DNA of 36,847 bases, taken from a virus. Taxonomy: Duplodnaviria; Caudoviricetes. The stretch spans positions 1 through 36,847 of the IMG/VR virus record IMGVR_UViG_3300044297_000174; one strand, written 5' to 3'. The translations under genes and the position numbers were made by a program. Within the stretch, counting starts at the first letter, position 1. The number at the start of each line of letters is the position of its first letter. The notes under the pieces were generated by a model. The model did no database searches. It was not told the origin of the DNA and saw only the letters and a list, made by a program, of their open reading frames with translations. This document shows, in pieces, positions 1 through 7,860 of the stretch.

Positions 1-1496
1 TCCGCCCTCACCAGCAACGTGCCATCGACGGGCTCAAGCAATCCATCGTGGATGGACATCGCCGCCCGATGCTTCAGGCACCGACCGGGGCAGGCAAGAC
101 CGTCATCGCTGCCCACATCGTCGCCGGGGCTCGTGCGAAGGGCAAGCGCCTCGCGTTCTGCGTCCCCTCGATCGGGCTCATCGACCAGACGTTTGAGCGG
201 TTTGTCGAGAACGGCATCGACCCGGCCGAGATGGGCGTGATCCAGGGCAACCACCCGTGGAAGCGTCCTGGCGCACCGATCCAGATCGCCACCGCGCAAT
301 CGCTGGCGCGCCGTGATCGTCCCGACGTGGACCTGATCGTCATCGACGAAGCCCACGTGATGCACAAGGTCTATCAGACCTGGATGGACGAACAGCCAGA
401 GCGGTTGTTTATCGGCCTCTCCGCAACGCCTTGGGCCAAGGGCCTCGGAAAGCGCTTCGACGACCTGATCAAGCCGACCTCGACGCAAGAACTGATCGAC
501 CTCGGCATGCTGTCGAAGTTCCGCGTGTTCGCCCCCAGCCATCCCGACCTGACCGGCGTTCGCACTGTGGCCGGTGACTACCACGAAGGCGATCTGGCCG
601 AGGCGATGTCGAAGGCGCATCTCGTGGCCGACGTGGTGACGCAATGGCTGGCCCGCGGCGAGAACCGCCCGACGCTGTGCTTCGCCGTCAACCGCGCTCA
701 CGCCCAACTGCTCGCAATGCAGTTCACCGAGGCCGGTGTCCCGACCGCCTACGTCGATGCCGAGACGCCGCGCGAGGAACGCGACCAGATCGGCAAGCGG
801 CTGGCATCCGGTGACGTGAAGGTGGTTTGCAACATCGGCTGTCTCACGACCGGCATCGACTGGGATGTGCGCTGCCTGATCCTGGCTCGCCCGACCAAAT
901 CCGAGATGCTGTTCGTGCAGATCATCGGCCGGGCGCTGCGCACCGCAGACGGCAAGGATCACGCGATCATTCTGGATCACTCCGACACGCATCTGCGGCT
1001 CGGAATGGTGACGGACATTGACTTTGACGAACTCGACGACGGCAAGGCGAAGTCGGCAGCGGATCGCAAGGCGAAGGAAAAGCGCCTGCCGATGCCGAGG
1101 GAGTGCAAATCGTGCGCTGCCCTCGTGCCAGCGCTGATGCGTGAATGCCCATGCTGCGGAGCGGTACAGCCGCCGCGCCATGGCGTTACCGTGGGCGATG
1201 GAGACCTTGCCGAGTTCGGAGCGCGCAAGAGCGGGAAGCCGCAGACGGTGCGCGATCAGATTGCGGCGCAGGGCAAGCGTGCGGTCTACATGCAGTTGCT
1301 CTGGATCTGCGAGGAACGCGGCCACTCTCTCGGGTGGGCTGCGCACAACTACAAGGACGTGTTCGGGGACTGGCCGCGTGGGTTGTCGAAGACGGCAGCC
1401 GCAGAGCCAACCCAGCTCATGCGCCGCTGGATTCAGTCGCGCAACATCGCGTTTGCTCGTGCGCGTCAGAATGGCGAGGCGCGCTATGCGGTTTGA
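1..1496 (+). CDS. DEAD/DEAH-box (SF2) helicase with C-terminal Zn ribbon, 5'-truncated
   Basis: The frame is open back to the window edge (RPHQQRAIDGLKQSIV, Q-motif region). It has Walker A APTGAGKT, DEAH, SAT, motif VI QIIGRALR and CxxC...CxxC near the C-terminus. Confidence 0.92.
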   Translation, partial: RPHQQRAIDGLKQSIVDGHRRPMLQAPTGAGKTVIAAHIVAGARAKGKRLAFCVPSIGLIDQTFERFVENGIDPAEMGVIQGNHPWKRPGAPIQIATAQSLARRDRPDVDLIVIDEAHVMHKVYQTWMDEQPERLFIGLSATPWAKGLGKRFDDLIKPTSTQELIDLGMLSKFRVFAPSHPDLTGVRTVAGDYHEGDLAEAMSKAHLVADVVTQWLARGENRPTLCFAVNRAHAQLLAMQFTEAGVPTAYVDAETPREERDQIGKRLASGDVKVVCNIGCLTTGIDWDVRCLILARPTKSEMLFVQIIGRALRTADGKDHAIILDHSDTHLRLGMVTDIDFDELDDGKAKSAADRKAKEKRLPMPRECKSCAALVPALMRECPCCGAVQPPRHGVTVGDGDLAEFGARKSGKPQTVRDQIAAQGKRAVYMQLLWICEERGHSLGWAAHNYKDVFGDWPRGLSKTAAAEPTQLMRRWIQSRNIAFARARQNGEARYAV

Positions 1497-2406
1497 GCGC
1501 ATCCAAGACAAGGCCATCGGCCGCTGGCGCACGCTTCTGCCATTTCTCGGCGTCGAAGAACGGTTCCTATCATCGAAGCACGGCCCCTGCCCGATCTGCG
1601 GCGGCACCGATCGCTTCCGTTGGGACGACAAGGCGGGCAGTGGTTCCTTCTACTGCAACCACTGCGGCGCTGGCTCCGGCGTCGATCTCGTGATGAAGGT
1701 CAACGGCTGCACCTTCATCGAGGCAAAGAAGCTCATTGAGCAGCACTTGCCAAGTGCGGTGGTGCAGGTGCCAAAGGCCAGACGCGAGACGAGCATCGAC
1801 ACGCTGGCCGCGATCTGGAACCGCGCACAGAAGCTCACTGGCAGCGATCCGGCATCGTGGTATCTCTCGCGCCGGGGACTGCCGATCGACTCGCCATCGC
1901 TGCGCTGGCTTCCCAAGTTCACCTATGTGCACGACGACAAGAGCAAGACCGAACACCCGGCCATGCTAGCGATGTTTGTCGGCCCCGATCGGTCGGCGCA
2001 CACGATTCAATACACCTACCTGGATGGATCAGGACGCAAGGCGGAAGTGCCGAAGCCTCGCAAGCTGGCTCCCGCGAAGATCCCGGCCGGTGGTGCAGTT
2101 CGCCTTGCGCCATCTGCTGAGACAATGGGGATTGCCGAGGGTGTCGAGACGGCGCTAGCCGCTGCCAAAATGTTCGACATTCCCGTGTGGTCGGCATTGT
2201 CGGCTGGTGGCCTGATGAAGTGGCAACCGCCTGTCACGGCGAAGCACATCATCGTGTTCGGTGACAACGATCGCTCGGCAACGGGTCAGGTTGCGGCGTG
2301 GAACCTTGCGCATCGACTGATCACGGAAGGGCTGAGCGCAGAAGTTCGCATTCCCGAGACGGCCGACACCGATTGGAACGACGTTCTGACATCGGAGGAA
2401 GCATGA
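1486..2406 (+). CDS. Primase (zinc-binding domain + Toprim)
   Basis: HGPCPICGGTDRF...CNHCG zinc finger, Toprim IAEGVETAL and FGDND, and C-terminal DWND. The ATG at 1486 overlaps the helicase end. The longer start at 1141 is unlikely. Confidence 0.9.
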   Translation: MRFERIQDKAIGRWRTLLPFLGVEERFLSSKHGPCPICGGTDRFRWDDKAGSGSFYCNHCGAGSGVDLVMKVNGCTFIEAKKLIEQHLPSAVVQVPKARRETSIDTLAAIWNRAQKLTGSDPASWYLSRRGLPIDSPSLRWLPKFTYVHDDKSKTEHPAMLAMFVGPDRSAHTIQYTYLDGSGRKAEVPKPRKLAPAKIPAGGAVRLAPSAETMGIAEGVETALAAAKMFDIPVWSALSAGGLMKWQPPVTAKHIIVFGDNDRSATGQVAAWNLAHRLITEGLSAEVRIPETADTDWNDVLTSEEA

Positions 2407-2531
2407 AACCCCTCCATAAGCGCGTGCCTACCGCAATAGCCTCCGAGTACGTCGCCCAGGGCTGGACCATCTGGAAGCGTGAAGGCCGAACTGTAGTGCT
2501 CGAGTGGCGCAAAGCAGGAGCCCCGCCATGA
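2403..2531 (+). CDS. Small hypothetical protein (42 aa)
   Basis: ATGA overlap with the primase stop and a GGAGG RBS. Confidence 0.6.
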   Translation: MKPLHKRVPTAIASEYVAQGWTIWKREGRTVVLEWRKAGAPP

Positions 2532-2577
2532 TCTACCTAGCAGAGATCGAGGGAAGGCAACTGAGAGAGGCGGCGGA

Positions 2578-3330
2578 ATGAAGAAGCTCCGCGTGCTCGA
2601 CCTGTTCAGCGGTATCGGCGGCTTCAGCTTGGGGCTCGAACGCACGGGCGGATTTGAAACCGTCGCCTTATGCGAAATCGAGGAATACCCCCGCCGCGTC
2701 CTTCAAAAACACTGGCCCAAGGTTCCAATCTACCATGACGTTAGAGAACTCACAGCCGACACTCTTCGACGGGATGGAATTGCCGTCGATGTCATTTGTG
2801 GGGGCTTCCCGTGCCAGGACTTATCTTGAGCTGGGACTGGCGCAGGACTTGCCGGAGAACGATCAGGACTGTGGAGCGAGTTCGCAAGGCTCATTGGCGA
2901 GCTACGACCATGCTACGCGATCTTGGAGAACGTGGCAGCGCTCCTTGACGACGGAATGGGAACCGTTCTCGGAGACTTGGCCAGCATCGGGTATGATGCG
3001 GAATGGCAAGTTGTTTCTGCGTGCTCCTTGGGTGCACCACACATGCGACAGCGCGTGTTCGCAGTGGCCTACCCCAACAGCCAGCATGGACGGTCGCGGG
3101 TTCGGCATTCCGCTGCACGAAAAAACCGGACGCTACAAGAAATCTACGATCTTGCGGGTGCACGCGCTCGTGAAAGCGCACGGCTGGAAAATCCATCCGC
3201 GCTTTACCGAGGTGCTGATGGGGTTGCCCATGGGATGGACCGAAATCACGCCATCGGAAACGGGATTTATCCTGCCGTTCCGCAGATCATCGGCCGCGCG
3301 ATCCTCCAAGCAGAAGGACTGACGCCATGA
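2578..3330 (+). pseudogene. C5 DNA cytosine methyltransferase alpha chain interrupted by in-frame TGA at 2827-2829 (pseudogene, readthrough or sequence error)
   Basis: One frame carries motif I DLFSGIGG, motif IV GGFPCQDLS*AG, motif VI ENV, motif VIII PHMRQRVF and motif X AIGNG. It continues across a single TGA and lacks motif IX. Confidence 0.85.
2735..3322 (+). CDS. C5 methyltransferase beta chain in an overlapping alternative frame (motif IX)
   Basis: Intact +1-frame ORF nested in the alpha gene, with WPTPTAS and motif IX-like HPRFTEVLMGLPMGWT. This is the M.EcoHK31I-type arrangement. The start codon is uncertain. Confidence 0.75.
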   Translation: MTLENSQPTLFDGMELPSMSFVGASRARTYLELGLAQDLPENDQDCGASSQGSLASYDHATRSWRTWQRSLTTEWEPFSETWPASGMMRNGKLFLRAPWVHHTCDSACSQWPTPTASMDGRGFGIPLHEKTGRYKKSTILRVHALVKAHGWKIHPRFTEVLMGLPMGWTEITPSETGFILPFRRSSAARSSKQKD

Positions 3331-3461
3331 TCCCCGCGACCGCCCTTCACTTTCTCCTCGCTCTCGAGGCAGCAGCGAAGAAAAAGCAGACGAAGAAAGC
3401 CAAGAAAGCAGCGTTGGCCCAGGCCCAGCAGCAGCAGAGACAGGAGATTGTGAGGTCATGA
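3327..3461 (+). CDS. Small Lys/Gln-rich hypothetical protein (44 aa)
   Basis: ATGA overlaps at both ends (MIPATALHF...QEIVRS). Confidence 0.5.
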   Translation: MIPATALHFLLALEAAAKKKQTKKAKKAALAQAQQQQRQEIVRS

Positions 3462-3601
3462 AGAAGATCGGCACGAAGATCGACACTCACCGCATGGACA
3501 AGAACGGCAAGCTGGTCCGCATCGACAAGGCCCCGACCCAGGTCAAGCAAGCCCGCCGGCGCAAGGCTGGAAAGGTCACAGGAGCCAAGCCAGCTCGATA
3601 A
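3458..3601 (+). CDS. Small basic hypothetical protein (47 aa)
   Basis: GGAG RBS and ATGA overlap (MKKIGTKIDTHR...AKPAR). Confidence 0.55.
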   Translation: MKKIGTKIDTHRMDKNGKLVRIDKAPTQVKQARRRKAGKVTGAKPAR

Positions 3602-3640
3602 TTTGCCTACCGCGTGCGCGTCTCCGATAACGGAGAGAAC

Positions 3641-4066
3641 ATGACCACACTCGCCGCCTTCCGCGTCGCTCCGCAGATGGAGTTCAAGGCCGCCGAAGAA
3701 TTCCGCCAGCACAACGTCAGGGCCTATGTCCCGCGTGATCCGACTGCCAAGAGGAAATCACCCGTGGCCCGCGGCTACGTCTTTGCTGCCTCGGCCTACA
3801 AGCCCGCCTTCGCCAAGCACGTCGGCAACAAGATCGGGAACCTACCGGCTCGAGAACTGGCCTCGCTCTACCTGCGTCGCGAGCGCAGGGCCGAGAGCCT
3901 GTGCCCGTTCAAGCCAGGCGATCAGGTCATCATCCGCAAGGGGCACGCTGCCGATCTGCCAGCAACCGTGAAGGAAGTCCGCGGCCGAACCTGCATCGTG
4001 ACATACGCCATGCTTGGCAAGGTTCATCAACAGGCCATACCATATGCTGCGCTTCACCCTGGTTGA
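3641..4066 (+). CDS. NusG/RfaH-family transcription antitermination protein
   Basis: NGN-like AYVP...PVARGYVF and KOW motif FKPGDQVIIRKG, with a GGAGA RBS. It occupies the position of the late-gene activator. Confidence 0.8.
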   Translation: MTTLAAFRVAPQMEFKAAEEFRQHNVRAYVPRDPTAKRKSPVARGYVFAASAYKPAFAKHVGNKIGNLPARELASLYLRRERRAESLCPFKPGDQVIIRKGHAADLPATVKEVRGRTCIVTYAMLGKVHQQAIPYAALHPG

Positions 4067-4072
4067 ACACGC

Positions 4073-4101
4073 TTGCAATTGTGTTTGCTTTACGGCATAA
4101 G
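4073..4101 (+). promoter_or_regulatory. Putative late promoter
   Basis: TTGCAA-N17-CATAAG directly after the NusG-like gene. Confidence 0.45.
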
Positions 4102-4199
4102 GCGTATTGGCTTCCGGTGATGATCTCAGCGTGCACCGCCCAGGTTCCGGCTATAGACCGTTGAGCCGCGACACCAAAAATGCGCCTTGAACACTGACA

Positions 4200-4226
4200 G
4201 GCGGCTCTAATTGGGCCGCCCGTTTC
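4200..4226 (+). terminator. Putative intrinsic terminator in the late leader
   Basis: GGCGGCTC-TAATT-GGGCCGCC hairpin followed by a short T tract (CGTTT). Confidence 0.5.
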
Positions 4227-4366
4227 GATTCCAACCGCCGCTCTTTTCCGCAGGCAAGCTGGGGTGTCTGACTAACGCTTAGGAAGGCCAGATCAGTTTC
4301 GACGGTTGGTTCACGTGTTCACGCTGCAAATTTGGCCGTCCCCAGCAGATTTTACAGAGGAACCAC

Positions 4367-4603
4367 ATGACCGACGCACAGCAGATCATTGCCGCTATTA
4401 GCGAACTGCAGGAAACGATCAAGTCGTCGGCTGCTGAAAATATCGCTAGCGCTCACGATCCGTTTGGCGACGCCCGAAAGGTTCGCGCTCACGTCGCAAC
4501 CATGCTGATTCAAACCATGGGCGGGGACGTTGTTTCGACGCTCAAGAAAGCGCGGCAAATCTGCGAGTTCATCGAGACCGGAAAAACTCTGGAAGCCGTC
4601 TAA
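4367..4603 (+). CDS. Hypothetical protein
   Basis: AGAGGA RBS and typical codon usage. Confidence 0.7.
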   Translation: MTDAQQIIAAISELQETIKSSAAENIASAHDPFGDARKVRAHVATMLIQTMGGDVVSTLKKARQICEFIETGKTLEAV

Positions 4604-4836
4604 CGCCACTCACCTAACGCTTCACGCTGACCACGATCAGCACACTACGCTACCCCCGGAAACTCACCACTCAACAACCGGCACATGACGGCAAATATCC
4701 TCGTTTGCGTCTTCATCAGCCTGATCATCGCAATCATTGCCGGTAACGCTGCCTCGTATGGTGAAGACCCCGAATGAAATCGCAGACCGTATCCGTGCCC
4801 GCATGCGTTCTTTGCGCCTCACAAAGAGGTTGAGCC

Positions 4837-5754
4837 ATGACCGCCCGCGAGTTCATCAAGACCCGAACCCTAGCCCAGCACGCCGGCCTTGCCATGATCA
4901 CGGCGGGGCTGATGGCGTTCGTGTATCAGGCATGGAAGAACGCCAAGACCGCGACACGGTATTCCGAAGGCTCGGATGTCTACATTGATGCCATCGGCGG
5001 CATTGCGCCCGAACTGTTCGTGGCTGCGGCTGCTGTCGGCATCATCGCCCTCTCGCACCGTGGCAAGCTCACGTCCAAGCGCTCACTCTACGCCCTGATG
5101 GCGCTCTGCGTCGGTTTCGGCGTGTTCGCATCCTTTCAGCAGATCACGGTCGGCCGCATCAACAAGGCCGCCGACAATTCGGTAAACGCGAAGAACCTCG
5201 AGGATCGCGCGACCGAACTGAAACGTATCGAGGGCGAGTTGGCGAACCTGTCCAACATCCCCGCCGTGGCGACCGCTACCTCTGCCCTCGGCAAGCTCAA
5301 GACCCGTAAGGGATGGAACGAGACCAACGGCTGCGCCAATCCCGGCAGCTTCACGGTGCTCTGCCGTCAGGTGGCCGATGCAAACCGCATCATCGGTGCC
5401 GCGCAGCGCAAGGAAAACCTCGAGGCTCGCCAGCGTGACTTGAGCACCAAGAACGAGCGCACCACCGGCGCGCAGGTATCGAAAGCTGATCCTGCTGCAG
5501 AAGGCTTGGCCGCATTCACCGGCTGGCAGATGCAGTCAGCACAGATGGTCATCGCTGGTTTTATGGCGGTGGTAATGATGCTCGTCGGCATGTTCGGCGT
5601 GCACTTCGGCCTGCTCGTCTACGGCATGGACGAAGCCGCCCAGCCCACCGCTGCCATTGTCCCCATCAGGCCCGCTCACCCTGTTGGCTCTGCTCACGTA
5701 GGCCCGACAAGTGGACCCATGATTCCGGCAAGCCTAAAGGTCGCCAATGGATGA
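4837..5754 (+). CDS. Multi-pass membrane protein with coiled-coil loop
   Basis: Three N-terminal hydrophobic segments, a heptad-rich middle with a Cys pair, a C-terminal TM segment and a GAGG RBS. Confidence 0.75.
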   Translation: MTAREFIKTRTLAQHAGLAMITAGLMAFVYQAWKNAKTATRYSEGSDVYIDAIGGIAPELFVAAAAVGIIALSHRGKLTSKRSLYALMALCVGFGVFASFQQITVGRINKAADNSVNAKNLEDRATELKRIEGELANLSNIPAVATATSALGKLKTRKGWNETNGCANPGSFTVLCRQVADANRIIGAAQRKENLEARQRDLSTKNERTTGAQVSKADPAAEGLAAFTGWQMQSAQMVIAGFMAVVMMLVGMFGVHFGLLVYGMDEAAQPTAAIVPIRPAHPVGSAHVGPTSGPMIPASLKVANG

Positions 5755-5893
5755 CCTAGAAGACGACACCGAAGGCTTCCGCATCATTGAACCAAAGGAA
5801 CGCAAGATGGCCAAGAAACCCACGCCCATGGCGAAGCCCTCCGCCAAGCCTCCCATGAAGCCCTCTAAGGGCGGCAAGAAATCCGGCTGCTGA
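5747..5893 (+). CDS. Small Lys/Pro-rich peptide (alternative start 5807)
   Basis: MAKKPTPMAKPSAKPPMKPSKGGKKSGC is preceded by AAGGAA. Confidence 0.5.
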   Translation: MDDLEDDTEGFRIIEPKERKMAKKPTPMAKPSAKPPMKPSKGGKKSGC

Positions 5894-5913
5894 ACAGCGT
5901 TGCACGTGAAACA

Positions 5914-6318
5914 ATGAGTGATGAAGAACCTGAATTTACAGGCGAAGAGCAGGGCAAAGATACTCGGTTCAAGCCCGGTCAATCAGGAAACCCTGCTGGA
6001 AGACCCAAGGGAGCCCGCGGAAAGCTCGATCAGGCATTCGTTGAGGCACTGTACGAGGACTTCAAGACCGGCGGCGCAGAGGCTATTCGGAAGTGCCGTG
6101 AAGACAAGCCCGACGTCTACCTCAACGTAATTGCAAAAGTTGTTCCGAAGCAAGTCGATGTCACAGCCGACCCCGCCGTTGCCGATCTCGCGGCAGGATT
6201 ACACGCCGTTGCTGACTTCCTTGGCTCGTTTGCCGCCGAAGCAAGCAGCCCCGATTATGCGGGGATGGTGCCAGACGGATCTGTTCTTTCTGTTGGTGCA
6301 CGGGCTCAAGCGCACTGA
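5914..6318 (+). CDS. terS: Terminase small subunit (DUF5681-like N-terminus)
   Basis: RFKPGQSGNPAGRPKG motif, located immediately upstream of terL. Confidence 0.75.
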   Translation: MSDEEPEFTGEEQGKDTRFKPGQSGNPAGRPKGARGKLDQAFVEALYEDFKTGGAEAIRKCREDKPDVYLNVIAKVVPKQVDVTADPAVADLAAGLHAVADFLGSFAAEASSPDYAGMVPDGSVLSVGARAQAH

Positions 6319-7699
6319 CGCCGACAAGGAATGGTGTTTCCAACGTTGCCGCGAGGTTCAAGCCAATCCTGACGGGTATTTGGACCTCTGGTCTCGCGAG
6401 CACTACAAGTCCACGATCATCACGTTTGCCAAGACGATACAGGACATCCTGAACGATCCCGAGATCACGGTCGGCATATTCTCGCACACGCGACCGATCG
6501 CGAAAGGCTTCATGCGCCAGATCAAGCGCGAGTTCGAAGCCAACCGAATGCTGCAAGAGTTGTTCCCCGATGTCCTCTGGACCAACCCGCAGTCAGAAGC
6601 GCCGAAGTGGTCGGAAGACGAAGGGCTGATTGTCAAGCGCAAGGGAAACCCGAAAGAGGGCACGCTTGAAGCATGGGGCCTCGTCGATGGTCAGCCGACA
6701 TCGAAGCACTACAAGCTGATGGTGTATGACGACGTGGTGACGCGCGAAAGCGTGACGACGCCTGATATGATCGCCAAGGTAACGGAAGCGTGGGAGCTTT
6801 CGCGCAACCTGAGTTCCGAAGGCGGACAGACCCGCTACATCGGCACGCGCTATCACTTCAACGACACGTACAAGACGATCATGGACCGCGGCGTCAAAGC
6901 CCGCATCTATCCGGCGACAGTGGACGGCCAGATCGAAGGCGAACCAGTGTTGCTAAGCCGCGAGCGCTTGGCCGAGAAGCGCCGCGAGATGGGGCCGTAC
7001 ACATTCGCCTGCCAGATGATGCAGAACCCGAAGGCGGACGAGACGCAGGGATTCAAAGACGCTTGGCTGCGCCACTACGACAGCACCGACCGCCAAGGCA
7101 TGAACGTCTGCATCCTGGCTGACGCTGCCAGCGAGAAGAAGAAGACCAGCGACTACACGTCCATGTGGGTCATCGGCTTCAACAGCGACAATAACATCTA
7201 CGCGCTCGACTTCATTCGCGACCGCTTGAACCTGAAGCAGCGCGCCGATGCGTTGTTTTCGCTCCATCGCAAATGGAAGCCGGGCGAGGTCGGGTACGAA
7301 AAGTACGGCATGATGGCCGATGTCGAGTTCATGTACGCGGAGATGGAGCGCAGAAACTACCGCTTCGCCATCACCGAGCTTGGCGGTTCGATGCCGAAGA
7401 ACGATCGCATTCGCCGGCTTGCCCCGTACTTTGAACAGGGCCGGGTGTGGCTGCCGCGCATTCACTTCAAGACCAATTACGAAGGCGCTGCCCGCGATCT
7501 GGTGAGCGCGTTCATTGAGGAAGAATACAAGCCGTTCCCGGTCGGCCTGCACGATGACATGCTGGATGCGCTGTCCCGCATGTTCGATCTCTACCCAGGC
7601 GGCCTGGACTTCCCCGCCTACGTTGAACCGGATGAAGCGCCCATGCGCATGGGTTCGTTGGGATCTAGCCAGGACACGGGCGCATGGATGGGGATGTAA
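6158..7699 (+). CDS. terL: Terminase large subunit
   Basis: Variant Walker A SREHYKST, Walker B MVYDD, coupling motif IGTRY and nuclease HDDMLDALS. The start is uncertain. Confidence 0.9.
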   Translation: MSQPTPPLPISRQDYTPLLTSLARLPPKQAAPIMRGWCQTDLFFLLVHGLKRTDADKEWCFQRCREVQANPDGYLDLWSREHYKSTIITFAKTIQDILNDPEITVGIFSHTRPIAKGFMRQIKREFEANRMLQELFPDVLWTNPQSEAPKWSEDEGLIVKRKGNPKEGTLEAWGLVDGQPTSKHYKLMVYDDVVTRESVTTPDMIAKVTEAWELSRNLSSEGGQTRYIGTRYHFNDTYKTIMDRGVKARIYPATVDGQIEGEPVLLSRERLAEKRREMGPYTFACQMMQNPKADETQGFKDAWLRHYDSTDRQGMNVCILADAASEKKKTSDYTSMWVIGFNSDNNIYALDFIRDRLNLKQRADALFSLHRKWKPGEVGYEKYGMMADVEFMYAEMERRNYRFAITELGGSMPKNDRIRRLAPYFEQGRVWLPRIHFKTNYEGAARDLVSAFIEEEYKPFPVGLHDDMLDALSRMFDLYPGGLDFPAYVEPDEAPMRMGSLGSSQDTGAWMGM

Positions 7700-7860
7700 T
7701 CAAGCCAGCCTCCAAAGAGGAAGCCAAATTGGCCGAAAGCGTGAAGGCGTTTCTTGAGCAGGCCGGCGCATCGAACGTGCAGGTGCGCGCTGTTGGCGTG
7801 TACGACATAGACCGTGACGTTTCCACCATCAGGCTAGAAATCACCGCTGATGTACGCTGA
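7684..7860 (+). CDS. 58-aa protein similar to the C-terminal segment of the phage's own coat protein
   Basis: AGGA RBS. It overlaps the terL end and the portal start and has 14/25 ungapped identity to coat codons 11978-12052. It is below the size cutoff of the ORF track. Confidence 0.7.
   Translation: MDGDVIKPASKEEAKLAESVKAFLEQAGASNVQVRAVGVYDIDRDVSTIRLEITADVR

Noticed and set aside
1141-1485. N-terminal extension of the primase
   Set aside because: It overlaps the helicase Zn-ribbon region and reads as low-information Arg/Ser-rich sequence. Primase-like sequence starts at 1486.
2827-2856. Selenocysteine at the methyltransferase TGA (GGCGCAGGACTTGCC loosely resembles the E. coli fdhF SECIS)
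   Set aside because: The stem is weak and its spacing is off. The codon is not the catalytic Cys. The bases are explained by the conserved GAGLAG coding.
4685-4777. 30-aa hydrophobic ORF MTANILVCVFISLIIAIIAG...
   Set aside because: It is plausible but has no RBS and is too short to support.
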